A DNA stretch of 64,000 nucleotides from a virus: positions 32,001-96,000 of the IMG/VR virus record IMGVR_UViG_3300029787_000010; one strand, written 5' to 3'. Below are positions 1-9,539 of this stretch, piece by piece. Position 1 is the stretch's first letter. Every line of letters starts with the position of its first letter. The notes under the pieces were generated by a model, which was not told the origin of the DNA, ran no database searches, and worked only from the letters and a program-made list of their open reading frames with translations. The position numbers and the translations under genes are program-made.

Positions 1-156
1 CGCCTCATTCAAGGCAGTGAGGGCATTGAGAATGACGAGGATGTCATCAAGGACTTGATGGGCTACTGTGCTATCCTGCTGGTCGCCATGCGCCAAGGGC
101 AAACACGGTTGGACGAGTACGAATACTTCAAGTTCAACCCCAAGTACAACAAGTGA
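1..156 (+). CDS. C-terminal fragment of a DUF1599/Nmad1-like (nucleotide-modification-associated, all-alpha NTP-PPase-like) protein
   Basis: Frame 1 is open from the window edge: RLIQGSEGIENDEDVIKDLMGYCAILL...YNK*. The R...ED...DLxGYxxL pattern resembles this family. Translated by hand; not in the ORF track. Confidence 0.55.
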   Translation, partial: RLIQGSEGIENDEDVIKDLMGYCAILLVAMRQGQTRLDEYEYFKFNPKYNK

Positions 157-165
157 GGTGATAAA

Positions 166-1155
166 ATGAGTGACAGGAATTGGGAAGCATATGCTAAATC
201 CACCTACCAGTGGAAACAGGGAGACGAAAAGTACCTGCGCATGACCAAGACCAGTCTTACCAGCGACTTCGGCTACTGCCGCTTCCAATACAAGAAGAAG
301 CGCATTGAGGGTCGCAAGTCCCCTACTACAGACGCCATGACCCGTGGGACAAATGTCCACGACGCCATGGAGGAGTTCTACATCAATGTCCGACCTGTTT
401 ACAAAAAGGCACACTCACTACTCAAGAAGCAAGACCGTGAGGGGGCCAAGGCTCTCCTTATGGACGCCCTTCCTACACCGGAGGAGCCGTACCACTTGGG
501 CGAAGAGCCCATCATTGAACAACGCATTGATTGGGAACTGGTTCGCCTTGAAGCGGACCCCGACCGATTCCTCCCCATCATCAATGAGTTGGAGGTCCAC
601 GCCTTCGTGGATGTCCCATTCAACTTTAACGGTGAAGAACTGAGCATCCCTGTGCACTTCGCAGGCAGTATTGACCGGGGCTACCACACCGAAGAGGATA
701 AGGTGGCCCTCATGGAATTGAAGACTGGTAAGTGGGTCGGGACCAATTTCAAGGTCCGAAGTATGAGGAAGGAGATGGCCTTCTATTGGGACTTGCTTCG
801 CAAGGCTGACCACCCCTTACAAGATGTCACGCATTGGGGTTGGTTCTACCCTGCTGGTTACAGGGAAGACGCAGCCGGCTCCGAGAACCATGTGGCTTAC
901 GAGAAGGTAAGTAAGCGATACCTCACAACAATCAGCAAAGCCGTCAACGAACTGATTGAGGCATATCTCACTGACAACTTCCCACCTCAGCCGTCCACCG
1001 GTAAATGCGCTTATTGCGATTTTGTAGACGAGTGCCCCGCATGGGCTGAGGGTGGCGACATCTACTGGAAAGGCGGGTGGGGCAACACGCTGACATCAAA
1101 GAGTGCTGCCCAACGACTCAAAGAATTGGAAGAAAAGAAGGAGGCGAAGAAATGA
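166..1155 (+). CDS. Cas4-like PD-(D/E)XK exonuclease with Fe-S cysteines
   Basis: N-terminal YC, RGTNVH, E..., GSIDR, MELKTG and C-terminal CAYCDFVDEC (1+3 Cys staple). SD GAGGTGA at 155-161. Confidence 0.85.
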   Translation: MSDRNWEAYAKSTYQWKQGDEKYLRMTKTSLTSDFGYCRFQYKKKRIEGRKSPTTDAMTRGTNVHDAMEEFYINVRPVYKKAHSLLKKQDREGAKALLMDALPTPEEPYHLGEEPIIEQRIDWELVRLEADPDRFLPIINELEVHAFVDVPFNFNGEELSIPVHFAGSIDRGYHTEEDKVALMELKTGKWVGTNFKVRSMRKEMAFYWDLLRKADHPLQDVTHWGWFYPAGYREDAAGSENHVAYEKVSKRYLTTISKAVNELIEAYLTDNFPPQPSTGKCAYCDFVDECPAWAEGGDIYWKGGWGNTLTSKSAAQRLKELEEKKEAKK

Positions 1156-1451
1156 ATGACGCAATGAACAAAATAGCCCAGTGCATTGAATACCATCTAC
1201 ATGACAAGTTTGGCATGATTAGCCAAATCAAATGGGAGCACATGGGAAAGGACAAGCGCCTTTCTGTATCATGTAACAGAACTCTCGCTGACTACTCGGG
1301 TGAGCAATCTAATCCTCACCCCTTCCTACTTGCAGAAATCGTGTTGAGCCCACGACTGATGTTGCCGGACGAAGACATTCAAATGAATGACATCATGCGG
1401 TCACTTGACGATATGATAAAGAGAGTGAAGAATCGTGCAGTTGAAACTTGA
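1152..1451 (+). CDS. Hypothetical protein (~99 aa)
   Basis: ATGA overlap with the upstream stop; fills the gap to the primase. Start moved from 1077 to 1152. Confidence 0.7.
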   Translation: MNDAMNKIAQCIEYHLHDKFGMISQIKWEHMGKDKRLSVSCNRTLADYSGEQSNPHPFLLAEIVLSPRLMLPDEDIQMNDIMRSLDDMIKRVKNRAVET

Positions 1452-2538
1452 TTATCCGCGAGAAGTCCTTGAACTCAGTACAGAAAAGGGAAGAGGCTAC
1501 AGGAAACTGGTCAACAGCAAAGAGCAGTTTGAACGATACTGGGCTGGTAAGAATGGTGTGTCTAACGCCTACATGACTGTGTATGGCTACCGTGCTACAG
1601 AAGCCCCTCACCATCGTAGGGTAAACCTCTACACGCCTATCATCCGGCACTTCGTGATGGACTTTGATGCTATCAATTTCCGAGACAGGAACCGTGCTAC
1701 AGTAGAGCCCGAAATACCACTGGAGCAAACGCTTCGCCTGCATCGGCACCTCCTTGAGCAAGACATCCGGCACGGGATTTGGTTCAGTGGAGGCGGCTTT
1801 CATGTGTGGGTGGCGCTGGATGAAACACTGACTCCGGGCGACGGCCCCCACCTATCGGCTGTCAAGGAGGCTGGCATTCAACTGGTCAATGATTGGGTCA
1901 AGGACATGGATTTGTACTGCTGTGACCCAATGGTGCCGTTTGATACGAGTGGCTTAATTCGCATCCCCAACTCTTTCAACGCCAAGCGTGGCTTTTGGAG
2001 CATCCCTGTTAGCACCGAAGACTTGGAGGCCGGACATCAGCACATTATTTTTGAAGCGATGGATGCCAAAAGCGGCTACCAAGAGTATGGCTCAAAAGGC
2101 ATCAAACTCACCATCCGACCAGTCACTGAAAAGGTGCAGATATTCAACAACTCGGACAAGGTACTGGACTTGCCAACTGTTCGTATGAACGGCGTTATCA
2201 TTCTCCCATGCTTGAATCAAGCAGCCTGCCAAATAGGTGGCAACCCGAGCCACGATGCTCGTGTCCAGTTGGTCAAATACCTCGCTAAGCGGAAGCGAAA
2301 TTTCATGCCGATTGAGCGGTTCACGAAAGAACAATTACAGGAACATGCTGACGAGATTGTTCAGTACCTCATGGGACTCAAATGGGCTGACCAAGATGAA
2401 GGAGTTACTCGTTATCAAGTCAGCACCGTCGTATTCAAAGACTACCCCCAAACATGCAAAATGCTGTGGGGCAAAGGTCTGTGCATAGGGAAATGCAGGT
2501 ATTGGGACAAAACCGGAAGCGGTGAGGTGATAGAATGA
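1435..2538 (+). CDS. priS: Archaeo-eukaryotic DNA primase, PriS catalytic domain fused to PriL-like Fe-S domain
   Basis: AEP motifs MDFD, SGGGFH, DTSGLIRIP. C-terminal LPC...SHDAR...YPQTC...GLCIGKC. Confidence 0.88.
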   Translation: MQLKLDYPREVLELSTEKGRGYRKLVNSKEQFERYWAGKNGVSNAYMTVYGYRATEAPHHRRVNLYTPIIRHFVMDFDAINFRDRNRATVEPEIPLEQTLRLHRHLLEQDIRHGIWFSGGGFHVWVALDETLTPGDGPHLSAVKEAGIQLVNDWVKDMDLYCCDPMVPFDTSGLIRIPNSFNAKRGFWSIPVSTEDLEAGHQHIIFEAMDAKSGYQEYGSKGIKLTIRPVTEKVQIFNNSDKVLDLPTVRMNGVIILPCLNQAACQIGGNPSHDARVQLVKYLAKRKRNFMPIERFTKEQLQEHADEIVQYLMGLKWADQDEGVTRYQVSTVVFKDYPQTCKMLWGKGLCIGKCRYWDKTGSGEVIE

Positions 2539-2768
2539 CCGAGGATTGGGAATATGAATTGTTGCTGAACATTGACGAGACTTGGAGAACGCGCGCTCAA
2601 TTCTGCAAGCCGAGTGATACGCTACGCAACATGTCGCACCATAAAATCGTCCGCCTCCTTACCAAATTGAGAGGGAAAGGCCTTGTTGAATACCGAAAGG
2701 TGAGCAACAAACACATAGAATACAGGCGTGCTTCAAGACTTCCCGACCATGCGGGGTGCCAAAGTTGA
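2535..2768 (+). CDS. Small basic winged-helix-like DNA-binding protein
   Basis: ATGA coupling with primase. IVRLLTKLRGKGLVEYR...IEYR is a typical wHTH C-terminus. Confidence 0.6.
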   Translation: MTEDWEYELLLNIDETWRTRAQFCKPSDTLRNMSHHKIVRLLTKLRGKGLVEYRKVSNKHIEYRRASRLPDHAGCQS

Positions 2769-3472
2769 CGATACCACTGGTAGCGGACAGCAATGAGCGA
2801 GGCCCGCTCTTTGAGGCTGTAGAGCGCATGGCCCGCAAAGAGGGCCTGCTTGTTAAGTCGCAGTTCTTACAGGGCATGGGTGACTACAAGGCCGGAGACG
2901 GGCATATTGAATGTAAGAGCCTCAGTGATTTCTTCCAGTCCAGTCACAGCGGTCACCTATGGAGACAACTGGATAACATGGATGCCAACTGCGGCCGGGT
3001 GTTTCTTGTGGTGCATGGCGACATCGCCAAGTACATCAAAATGGCACAGAATCAAGGGCGCAAGGTATCGTACTCACGAGTGACGAACGAACTCATGGGT
3101 ACCTTCGCACGCATCATGTCTGACTTTGACTGTCACATTTACAAGGCAAAGGACCATGTGGAAGCGGCTATGTTCATTGTGAAACTTCATCAAAAGTTGC
3201 ACAAACCAGCCAGCCGACATGGTGCTAAAGCAATTACGAGAGTATCAACCAATGATGTACGCACGGATTTGCTTCTCTCAATTCCCGGCTTTGGTCCCGA
3301 TTTAGTGAGCAAACTTATCCAAACTTGTGGCAGTATAGAGGAGATGCTTTATGTAGAGTCACTGAAACGGGTCAAAGGTATGGGCCCCGTACTACGGAAA
3401 CGACTCATTGAAGTTTTAACGAGCGAAGAGCCAGTTAAGGTGGAACGGACCTATCAAAAGAAGAGGGAATGA
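2756..3472 (+). CDS. ERCC4/XPF-family structure-specific nuclease with HhH domain
   Basis: GDY...IECKSLSDFFQS (ERKxxxD-like), GHLWRQL, then HhH motifs SIPGFGP and RVKGMGP. Confidence 0.88.
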   Translation: MPKLTIPLVADSNERGPLFEAVERMARKEGLLVKSQFLQGMGDYKAGDGHIECKSLSDFFQSSHSGHLWRQLDNMDANCGRVFLVVHGDIAKYIKMAQNQGRKVSYSRVTNELMGTFARIMSDFDCHIYKAKDHVEAAMFIVKLHQKLHKPASRHGAKAITRVSTNDVRTDLLLSIPGFGPDLVSKLIQTCGSIEEMLYVESLKRVKGMGPVLRKRLIEVLTSEEPVKVERTYQKKRE

Positions 3473-3473
3473 A

Positions 3474-4895
3474 ATGATGAATCACACTGCTGAAAAGTAT
3501 GAAGCCGTGCAGAGGTACCCTGTATTGAAGGGGTATCTCAGCCATTTTAGAGAGGTCAGTATAAACAACGAGATTCCCGGTCTTCTTTCGTTCTTCTTTA
3601 TATTGGGACAAGTGAGCCTACCCTTCGTCCGCATTCCCGTAGGCGGTAGCAACTTGTGTACACGGGTCAGTGTGTTTTGGCTACAGGACACAAGGACAGG
3701 TAAATCTGTTGCCTTTGAAACAATTCAAAAGGTATGTAGAGACATCGGTGTAGAAGCCATGGATTACAGTACGGGCACTGACGCTGCACTTGTCGGCTCA
3801 TTTGTCAGTGAAGATAGAGATGCGCCCCCCGTCCAGCGTAACGGTGTGCTGGCAGGGCGCAAGGCAATGAACTTTGATGAAGGCTCAATCCTGCTCAAAC
3901 CCAATCAACACTCCGAAGGGACTGTACTGTTCCTACAGTCTGCCCTCAACTCCGCTGGTACAGGTCGTAACATTCTCACCAAGCACCTTCGGGATGGAAC
4001 TATTACCATCAAGTCCGAAGTTTCACTTTGGATTACCACCTTTCCTCCGAAGGGTATCAAAGAACATGTTCTTGACAAAGGTATTTTTCAGCGTGTCCTG
4101 CTCTACTGGAGGGACTGGACGATTGAGATGAAGAAGGATGTTGCCTATCAACTGGCAGCAAGCGTTCACAAGCGTGTCAAACACGAGGTGTCCTACAAAG
4201 AAATTACCGACTTCTTTGAGGAATTACAGCAGCAACTCAAATCACGAGTATGTCACTTGGTTGGCATCACAGGGTTACAATGGGACGAAGCAGACGATGA
4301 TACTCAAGAGGAATGGGTTATGAAAGTCATGGACGAAATGTTTCTCATTGACGGGTCGTATGTCCCCGCTCTCATCAGTGCCATTGACGAATACTACTCA
4401 CTGGTAGAACAAATGGACCCCCATAAGCAAGGCGTCTGTGCCTCGTTTATCATGGGTCTACAGAATTACACCAACATCATCGCTCACCACATGGCCATGC
4501 TTGAAGGCACATGGGTGGTTCGGGGCGACCATATTGACATGGCTAAGGAGATTCTGTACGACTTGTATCACAACTTGATTCACTGGCTTGAGGCCGAAGT
4601 GAAAGTCGGTATGGGTGCCAAAGAAGCCAAGAACATGGAGATTGGCTGGAAGAAAGCCTACTTCGCCTGTGAAAAGGTGGACTTTGACGATTCTCGTGGA
4701 GACGGGTGGGTAGCCAAGTCGTCCATGTATTCTGCTTACGGGAAGCAACAGAACCTCAGTAGCAATAACTCTATCAACAAGCGTTACAACCAATACGGTG
4801 CGAAAATGTTTGAAGAAACAACCGAAAGCGGCGTCAAGAAATACACTCGGCTACGCAAGGACTACCGACAAACAAAGGTGGATAACGATGCATGA
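3474..4895 (+). CDS. MCM-like AAA+ replicative helicase
   Basis: Walker A variant QDTRTGKS, STGTDAALVG, Walker B NFDEG, Arg-finger-like IFQR, replication-block context. Confidence 0.75.
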   Translation: MMNHTAEKYEAVQRYPVLKGYLSHFREVSINNEIPGLLSFFFILGQVSLPFVRIPVGGSNLCTRVSVFWLQDTRTGKSVAFETIQKVCRDIGVEAMDYSTGTDAALVGSFVSEDRDAPPVQRNGVLAGRKAMNFDEGSILLKPNQHSEGTVLFLQSALNSAGTGRNILTKHLRDGTITIKSEVSLWITTFPPKGIKEHVLDKGIFQRVLLYWRDWTIEMKKDVAYQLAASVHKRVKHEVSYKEITDFFEELQQQLKSRVCHLVGITGLQWDEADDDTQEEWVMKVMDEMFLIDGSYVPALISAIDEYYSLVEQMDPHKQGVCASFIMGLQNYTNIIAHHMAMLEGTWVVRGDHIDMAKEILYDLYHNLIHWLEAEVKVGMGAKEAKNMEIGWKKAYFACEKVDFDDSRGDGWVAKSSMYSAYGKQQNLSSNNSINKRYNQYGAKMFEETTESGVKKYTRLRKDYRQTKVDNDA

Positions 4896-5037
4896 ATGCG
4901 TGGTGTGCAAAGTCCCCGAAGACAGGGACACTCTCTACGGCATTGGTGACCGTAGAGGGAAACTGGTGTGTATCTGTGAGTCTTGTTCAATTGAAATGAG
5001 AAAGGTCATAAAGAGCGTCATGGAGGTATTTGCATGA
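4888..5037 (+). CDS. Small zinc-finger protein (49 aa)
   Basis: MHECVVC...CICESC; overlaps both neighbours by a few bases. Start moved from 4798. Confidence 0.6.
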   Translation: MHECVVCKVPEDRDTLYGIGDRRGKLVCICESCSIEMRKVIKSVMEVFA

Positions 5038-5645
5038 GCGAAGTAATGGCCATTGATATTGAAACTGAGAACTTCTCTCACGAAATTGGAGGCTGGGGCA
5101 ACACTCACATGTTCTCCCCAACGGTCGTGGCTACATGGACTGGCGATGGCGGTACAGTCTACTGCAACAAATCACAGGCGAGTGAGTTCCTACCCGAAGG
5201 TGTCAAACTCAAGTCGTTGTCTCCCGAGGTACTTGGTCGGGACATTGAAGAGCACATCGCTAAAGGAGGTAGAGTGGTCGGGCACAACATCATCGGCTTT
5301 GACCTTCCTGTATTGCGGGACAGTCTTGATTGCTGGACAGCAGGGGACCTTCTTGGTAAAGCATCCGAAACGCTCATTGATACCTCGGCAAAATTGCGGT
5401 CGGCTTCTAAATCAGCCATCCCACTCTCCGACGCTTGTATTCACACGCTTGGCATGGACAAGACCATGAAAAGTCATGACGCTCCGCTTGAATGGCGGAA
5501 AGGCAACTACGGCAAGGTAGCCGAGTATTGCCTCAAAGACGCTCAACTCTCGTACGACCTGTGGAAGTTTGGTAACAAAGAAGGCTTCGTGAAAGCACGA
5601 TGCCGAGAAACCGGCTCAATCAAGGAGTACGAGGTTGAATGGTAG
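5034..5645 (+). CDS. DEDDy/DnaQ-like (RNase H fold) 3'-5' exonuclease
   Basis: ExoI IDIETE, ExoII GHNIIGFD, ExoIII YCLKD. Confidence 0.85.
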   Translation: MSEVMAIDIETENFSHEIGGWGNTHMFSPTVVATWTGDGGTVYCNKSQASEFLPEGVKLKSLSPEVLGRDIEEHIAKGGRVVGHNIIGFDLPVLRDSLDCWTAGDLLGKASETLIDTSAKLRSASKSAIPLSDACIHTLGMDKTMKSHDAPLEWRKGNYGKVAEYCLKDAQLSYDLWKFGNKEGFVKARCRETGSIKEYEVEW

Positions 5646-5656
5646 GAGAGGAACCT

Positions 5657-7153
5657 ATGACAAATGAAAAGAAACAAACAGCACAAAGCATGAACATCCG
5701 AGCAGCAAAGGCCATTGCCGATACGGTGCGGTCCACCTTGGGCCCAGCGGGTATGGACAAAATGATGGTGGATGGCGGTGGCAATGTCATCGTCACCAAC
5801 GATGGGGCTACCATCCTACAGCAACTTGACATCAGTCACCCCGGTGCGAAAATGATTGTGGAAGCAGCAAACACTCAAGAAAGCATGTGCTACGACGGCA
5901 CGACGACGACCACGATTTTGGCTGGCTCTTTGCTCGCCAACACAGAAGGCTTGTTCAACAAGGGTTTGCACCCGAATGTGGTATGCCGTGGTTACAGGCA
6001 GGCTGCCCAGTGGGCGGTGGAAGCCATCACTGAGACAGCACAGGGTAGTAGCAAAGACTTGCTGAATGTAGCCAAGACAGCCATCACGGGTAAGTCGTTG
6101 GAAAGCAGCATGGACCATGTGTCCGGACTGTGTGTTGAGGCAGTGGAGCAAGCCAACGGGGACATCAAGCGCATCAATGTAGTGTGCCAACCGGGTGCTT
6201 CATTGGAGGATTCATATTGCTTTAACGGGGTCGTTATCAACACGACCTTCATGATGCCGAGCATGAGCAAGGTGCCTGCAAAGAACATCATCCTGCTCAA
6301 CACAGGGCTGTCGTCAAAGAAGGATGACAGTGTCCAAGTCAATGTGCAGAATGTTGGCGACTTCAAGAACTACCAGCAGTACGCCACCAAGGATGTGTGG
6401 GAGACGAAGGTAGAAGCACTCACAGAACTACTCCCCGAAGGCGGGGCAGTGTTCTGCCGCGACAGTGTGAACGAACTCGTGGCCGCTCTCTTGTCTAAGA
6501 AAGGCATCAGTGTAGCACACCGTGTTCCACCTACTACCCTTGACGCCATGTCGGCGCTACTGGACACACCCGTCGCTCACACTGTAGAGGACATTGGCGG
6601 AGTAGCGCAGCCGACTGAGTTAGAACAGCGCACGATTGGTGACATGGATTACATCGTCGTGGCCGGCGAAGGTAATGTCACAACACTCGTTCTGCGAGGA
6701 GCCACCCGACAGACCCTTGACGAAACAGAGCGTGGATTTGACGACGCCATCGGCGTGGTCTGCTTGGCCTTCAACAGTGACCAAATCGTAACGGGCGGCG
6801 GCTCGTCCTACATCCATGCTGCGCTCGCTCTACGCAACCGTGCGGCCGAGATTGGCGGTCGGGCGCAAATGGCCATTGAAGCCTTTGCAGACGCCTTGGA
6901 AGCGATTCCTGCGACCATCGCTGAGAACGCTGGCTTTGACCCGTTGGACACGGTGCTGGCTCTACGCAGCGCCCACCTCCTTGGCAAGAAGGACTTCGGT
7001 CCGAACATTGAGGAAGGCGGTGTCTGTTCTATGATTGGGCTGAATGTGTACGAACCATTGGCCTTGGTGAAGCAGGCGATTCAGTCAGCAAGCGAAGTCA
7101 GCATCAGCATCCTGCGCATTGACGACATCATCGGGAAGCGTTCCGAAGAGTGA
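5657..7153 (+). CDS. Group II chaperonin (thermosome/TCP-1-like)
   Basis: STLGPAGMDKM, VTNDGATIL, HPGAK, YDGTTT, LVLRG, GGGS, LRIDD. SD GGAG-AGG before ATG 5657. Confidence 0.95.
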   Translation: MTNEKKQTAQSMNIRAAKAIADTVRSTLGPAGMDKMMVDGGGNVIVTNDGATILQQLDISHPGAKMIVEAANTQESMCYDGTTTTTILAGSLLANTEGLFNKGLHPNVVCRGYRQAAQWAVEAITETAQGSSKDLLNVAKTAITGKSLESSMDHVSGLCVEAVEQANGDIKRINVVCQPGASLEDSYCFNGVVINTTFMMPSMSKVPAKNIILLNTGLSSKKDDSVQVNVQNVGDFKNYQQYATKDVWETKVEALTELLPEGGAVFCRDSVNELVAALLSKKGISVAHRVPPTTLDAMSALLDTPVAHTVEDIGGVAQPTELEQRTIGDMDYIVVAGEGNVTTLVLRGATRQTLDETERGFDDAIGVVCLAFNSDQIVTGGGSSYIHAALALRNRAAEIGGRAQMAIEAFADALEAIPATIAENAGFDPLDTVLALRSAHLLGKKDFGPNIEEGGVCSMIGLNVYEPLALVKQAIQSASEVSISILRIDDIIGKRSEE

Positions 7154-7955
7154 TTTGCCCAGCGATGTGAGAGGCAACCTTGAGGGCTTCTTCATCCACC
7201 CCTGTGGTGAAGCCCCAAGCGTGCAGGTGAGACACCAGTGTTTCGGTGGATAGGTTAGCCCCGCTGTTGGCAGCAAACGGGCACCCACCAAGACCACCGA
7301 TACTTGAATCAATCTCGTAAATGCCGTTCATTAACGCAGCCCGAACCAACTCAAGTGCACGGTCCTCCTCACCATTGTGATGAAGATGAAGTGCTGCTCG
7401 CATACCCTCGTTCTTGGCTAACTCAGCCAATTCAGCGACCTCTTTACGAGTTCCTGCTCCGACTGTATCAGCGAAGACGATAGTGCCACCGAACATTTTG
7501 GCATCGCGGATGCAAGAAAGAAGTGTACTCATGCGAGGCACCCCGCTCCAAGGCGAACCGAAGGCCATACTAATGTAAACTCGGACATTCTCTTTGGGCA
7601 CTTTGTCCATGAAAGTTTTGTACATCAGTACAATCTCACTACGGGTCTTACCCATGTTCTTCATGTTGAAGTCCTCGCACGGCGAGAACACGATGTTGAA
7701 CTTCTCAACACCTGTCGCCACAGCACGCTCGTAACCACGCTTGTTCATGACCAGTGCACTACCACGGTCAAACACTTCCTCAGCATCAGCCATTTGCGGC
7801 ACAAGGCGAGGGTGAGCAAAACTTACTTCCTCTATAGACTGCAAGCCTGCGTCGTATAGGCTTGCGATTAACTGTCGCTTGGTTGCTGTTTCAACAGGCT
7901 GTTTCAGTGCTTGGAGTCCATCACGAGGACCGACCTCGTAGATGGAGATGTTCAC
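7128..7955 (-). CDS. hmgL: Hydroxymethylglutaryl-CoA lyase-like DRE-TIM metallolyase
   Basis: EVGPRDGLQ, VPQMAD, ADTVG, HLHH metal site, GGLGGCPFA catalytic Cys loop, NLSTE. Confidence 0.88.
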   Translation of the reverse strand: MNISIYEVGPRDGLQALKQPVETATKRQLIASLYDAGLQSIEEVSFAHPRLVPQMADAEEVFDRGSALVMNKRGYERAVATGVEKFNIVFSPCEDFNMKNMGKTRSEIVLMYKTFMDKVPKENVRVYISMAFGSPWSGVPRMSTLLSCIRDAKMFGGTIVFADTVGAGTRKEVAELAELAKNEGMRAALHLHHNGEEDRALELVRAALMNGIYEIDSSIGGLGGCPFAANSGANLSTETLVSHLHAWGFTTGVDEEALKVASHIAGQITLRNASR

Positions 7956-8107
7956 TGGATTCCCCTCCGCATGCCATTGAAGCAGGCTTGGTGAAAGGCC
8001 TCCTCGTCTTCAATATAAATCATGGTGTCAGTGGGGTCGGGCGTTGCCAACCAAATGGTCACAAAGCCTGCAATAAATGAGAGGATGAAGAGAGTCGGCA
8101 GCAGCAT
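7952..8107 (-). CDS. Small single-pass membrane protein (51 aa)
   Basis: Hand translation MLLPTLFILSFIAGFVTIWLATPDPTDTMIYIEDEEAFHQACFNGMRRGIQ*. Its stop overlaps the lyase GTG start (GTGA). Below the ORF-track cutoff. Confidence 0.65.
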   Translation of the reverse strand: MLLPTLFILSFIAGFVTIWLATPDPTDTMIYIEDEEAFHQACFNGMRRGIQ

Positions 8108-8128
8108 GTACAGACCGAGCGCGGTGTG

Positions 8129-8138
8129 AAAATTAAAG
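8129..8138 (-). promoter_or_regulatory. Possible TATA-like element (CTTTAATTTT) upstream of the membrane protein/HMG-CoA lyase pair
   Basis: AT-rich box about 22-31 nt before ATG 8107, which has no SD (leaderless-type spacing). Confidence 0.3.
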
Positions 8139-8399
8139 TTGTCGGCCTAAGTTGTGATTGAGAAGCATTTTTGACAGTGCTCCGTACTTCTTCGCCTTCA
8201 ATCTCAAGACTGATTTTTTAAGCGAGTTCTTTTTTCCTACAGGTCCCATGTCACCGTGCTTGCGCATGTAGCCACAGGTGGGACACTCGTGGATAACCAC
8301 CTGCTTCCCTTTGAGGTAGCGGGCTGAAATGGTGAGGGGCAGGGCTGTGGTCTTGCAGAACTCACAGGTGTAGGTCAGCGCATCAATGAGTGCACCCAT
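8133..8399 (-). CDS. Zinc-ribbon protein with basic C-terminus
   Basis: CEFC...CPTC. SD GGTGAG and TGATG coupling favour start 8399. Confidence 0.7.
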   Translation of the reverse strand: MGALIDALTYTCEFCKTTALPLTISARYLKGKQVVIHECPTCGYMRKHGDMGPVGKKNSLKKSVLRLKAKKYGALSKMLLNHNLGRQL

Positions 8400-9538
8400 C
8401 AACTCACCACATGGAGGTCCAATTTCGCCCATGCTGAACCCGTGTAGACGAACTTCCCGTAGTTGGTAGCGGCTACATTGACATTGATACCTGTTGAATC
8501 AAAGTTGAGGTTGTGTGCTCCGGACGGGTGATAGACCTCAATGATGTGTCCGTGAGGGAATGTGCCCGATGGGTTGAGGTTGATTGCTCCACTTGTTGTG
8601 ACTATCCAAATGTTCGGCCCGTCAAAGGTGAAGGTTTGGTTAGCCGATGTGGACAGCACTTTGACTTCATTCGGGGCCAGTCGCCATGTACCACGGGCAG
8701 GGCTTCCGCCTATGTCTCGCTGTGCACTGTAAAGCAGCACGCTATGTCCATCGGGACTGTGCGTCTGCCACATACCACCGAAAGGCGACGCCGCAAAGCC
8801 ACCACCCGAAGGTGATGCAAAAATTGAATCAATGGTCTTTTGATTGGTGTTGTCAATTGCGTTCGTGTTGGTGACTGAACCAGCCGCACCTGCGGTGAGA
8901 TGGTTGAAGTAGACTGGATTTGGCCGGACGAATATACGCTTGTCGTGTACGGTCGGCGTGTTGAGCGAGGCTGTCAACGCCCCTCCTGCTGACACCGTGT
9001 AGTGAAGGATAGCGAGTACGACGGCCTGTTGATTGTTGGCTGGTCCGGGTGCTGACAAAAATGTGTTCGGCACCTGTGGAGTCTCAGTGGCTGGGTCAGC
9101 CAGTGTCCCAAACTCGTACATGATGTTGTTATTCGCTCCCATGGCAGCAACATAAATGACGACATACGCTTCTTTGTTGACTGACGCGTGTGGTGTGGGG
9201 AGAGTTCCGACTTTGTTCGTGCTTGTTCCAATGACGGTGCTGGTGTGCGTACCACCCACGCCTCCGCCAAACTGGTAGACTACCCCGTCAAGGACAGCAA
9301 AGCCGCCCGACACAGTGATTGCGCCACCGGAGCCGACTGCTACATGTCCTTCTGTAGAGGAGCCAGTAGCGTTCCGAGTGCCCCCGTATGCCCCATCAGC
9401 CACGCGAAGGATGCCATTGCCGTGCAAGCCCTCGTAAGGATTGGTCAACGAGGGACTGGTCAAACCATCGCCATCTCGTAGCCCACTGCCACCAGTGAAG
9501 CCTTGAGCAGCGGTGTGTCCGGAGAGTGGATTAGACAT
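8399..9538 (-). CDS. Tail/baseplate structural protein (fibre-like)
   Basis: G/T/S/A-rich beta-type composition; end of the tail module. Confidence 0.6.
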   Translation of the reverse strand: MSNPLSGHTAAQGFTGGSGLRDGDGLTSPSLTNPYEGLHGNGILRVADGAYGGTRNATGSSTEGHVAVGSGGAITVSGGFAVLDGVVYQFGGGVGGTHTSTVIGTSTNKVGTLPTPHASVNKEAYVVIYVAAMGANNNIMYEFGTLADPATETPQVPNTFLSAPGPANNQQAVVLAILHYTVSAGGALTASLNTPTVHDKRIFVRPNPVYFNHLTAGAAGSVTNTNAIDNTNQKTIDSIFASPSGGGFAASPFGGMWQTHSPDGHSVLLYSAQRDIGGSPARGTWRLAPNEVKVLSTSANQTFTFDGPNIWIVTTSGAINLNPSGTFPHGHIIEVYHPSGAHNLNFDSTGINVNVAATNYGKFVYTGSAWAKLDLHVVS

Positions 9539-9539
9539 T

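Noticed and set aside
166-1155. CRISPR-Cas locus suggested by the Cas4-like gene
   Set aside because: No repeat-spacer array or other cas genes; solo Cas4-like nucleases are common in archaeal virus replication blocks.
5657-7955. Host chromosomal DNA or provirus boundary at the chaperonin/HMG-CoA lyase genes
   Set aside because: Both are tightly joined to viral genes on either side and overlap each other; no integrase, att site or tRNA seen.
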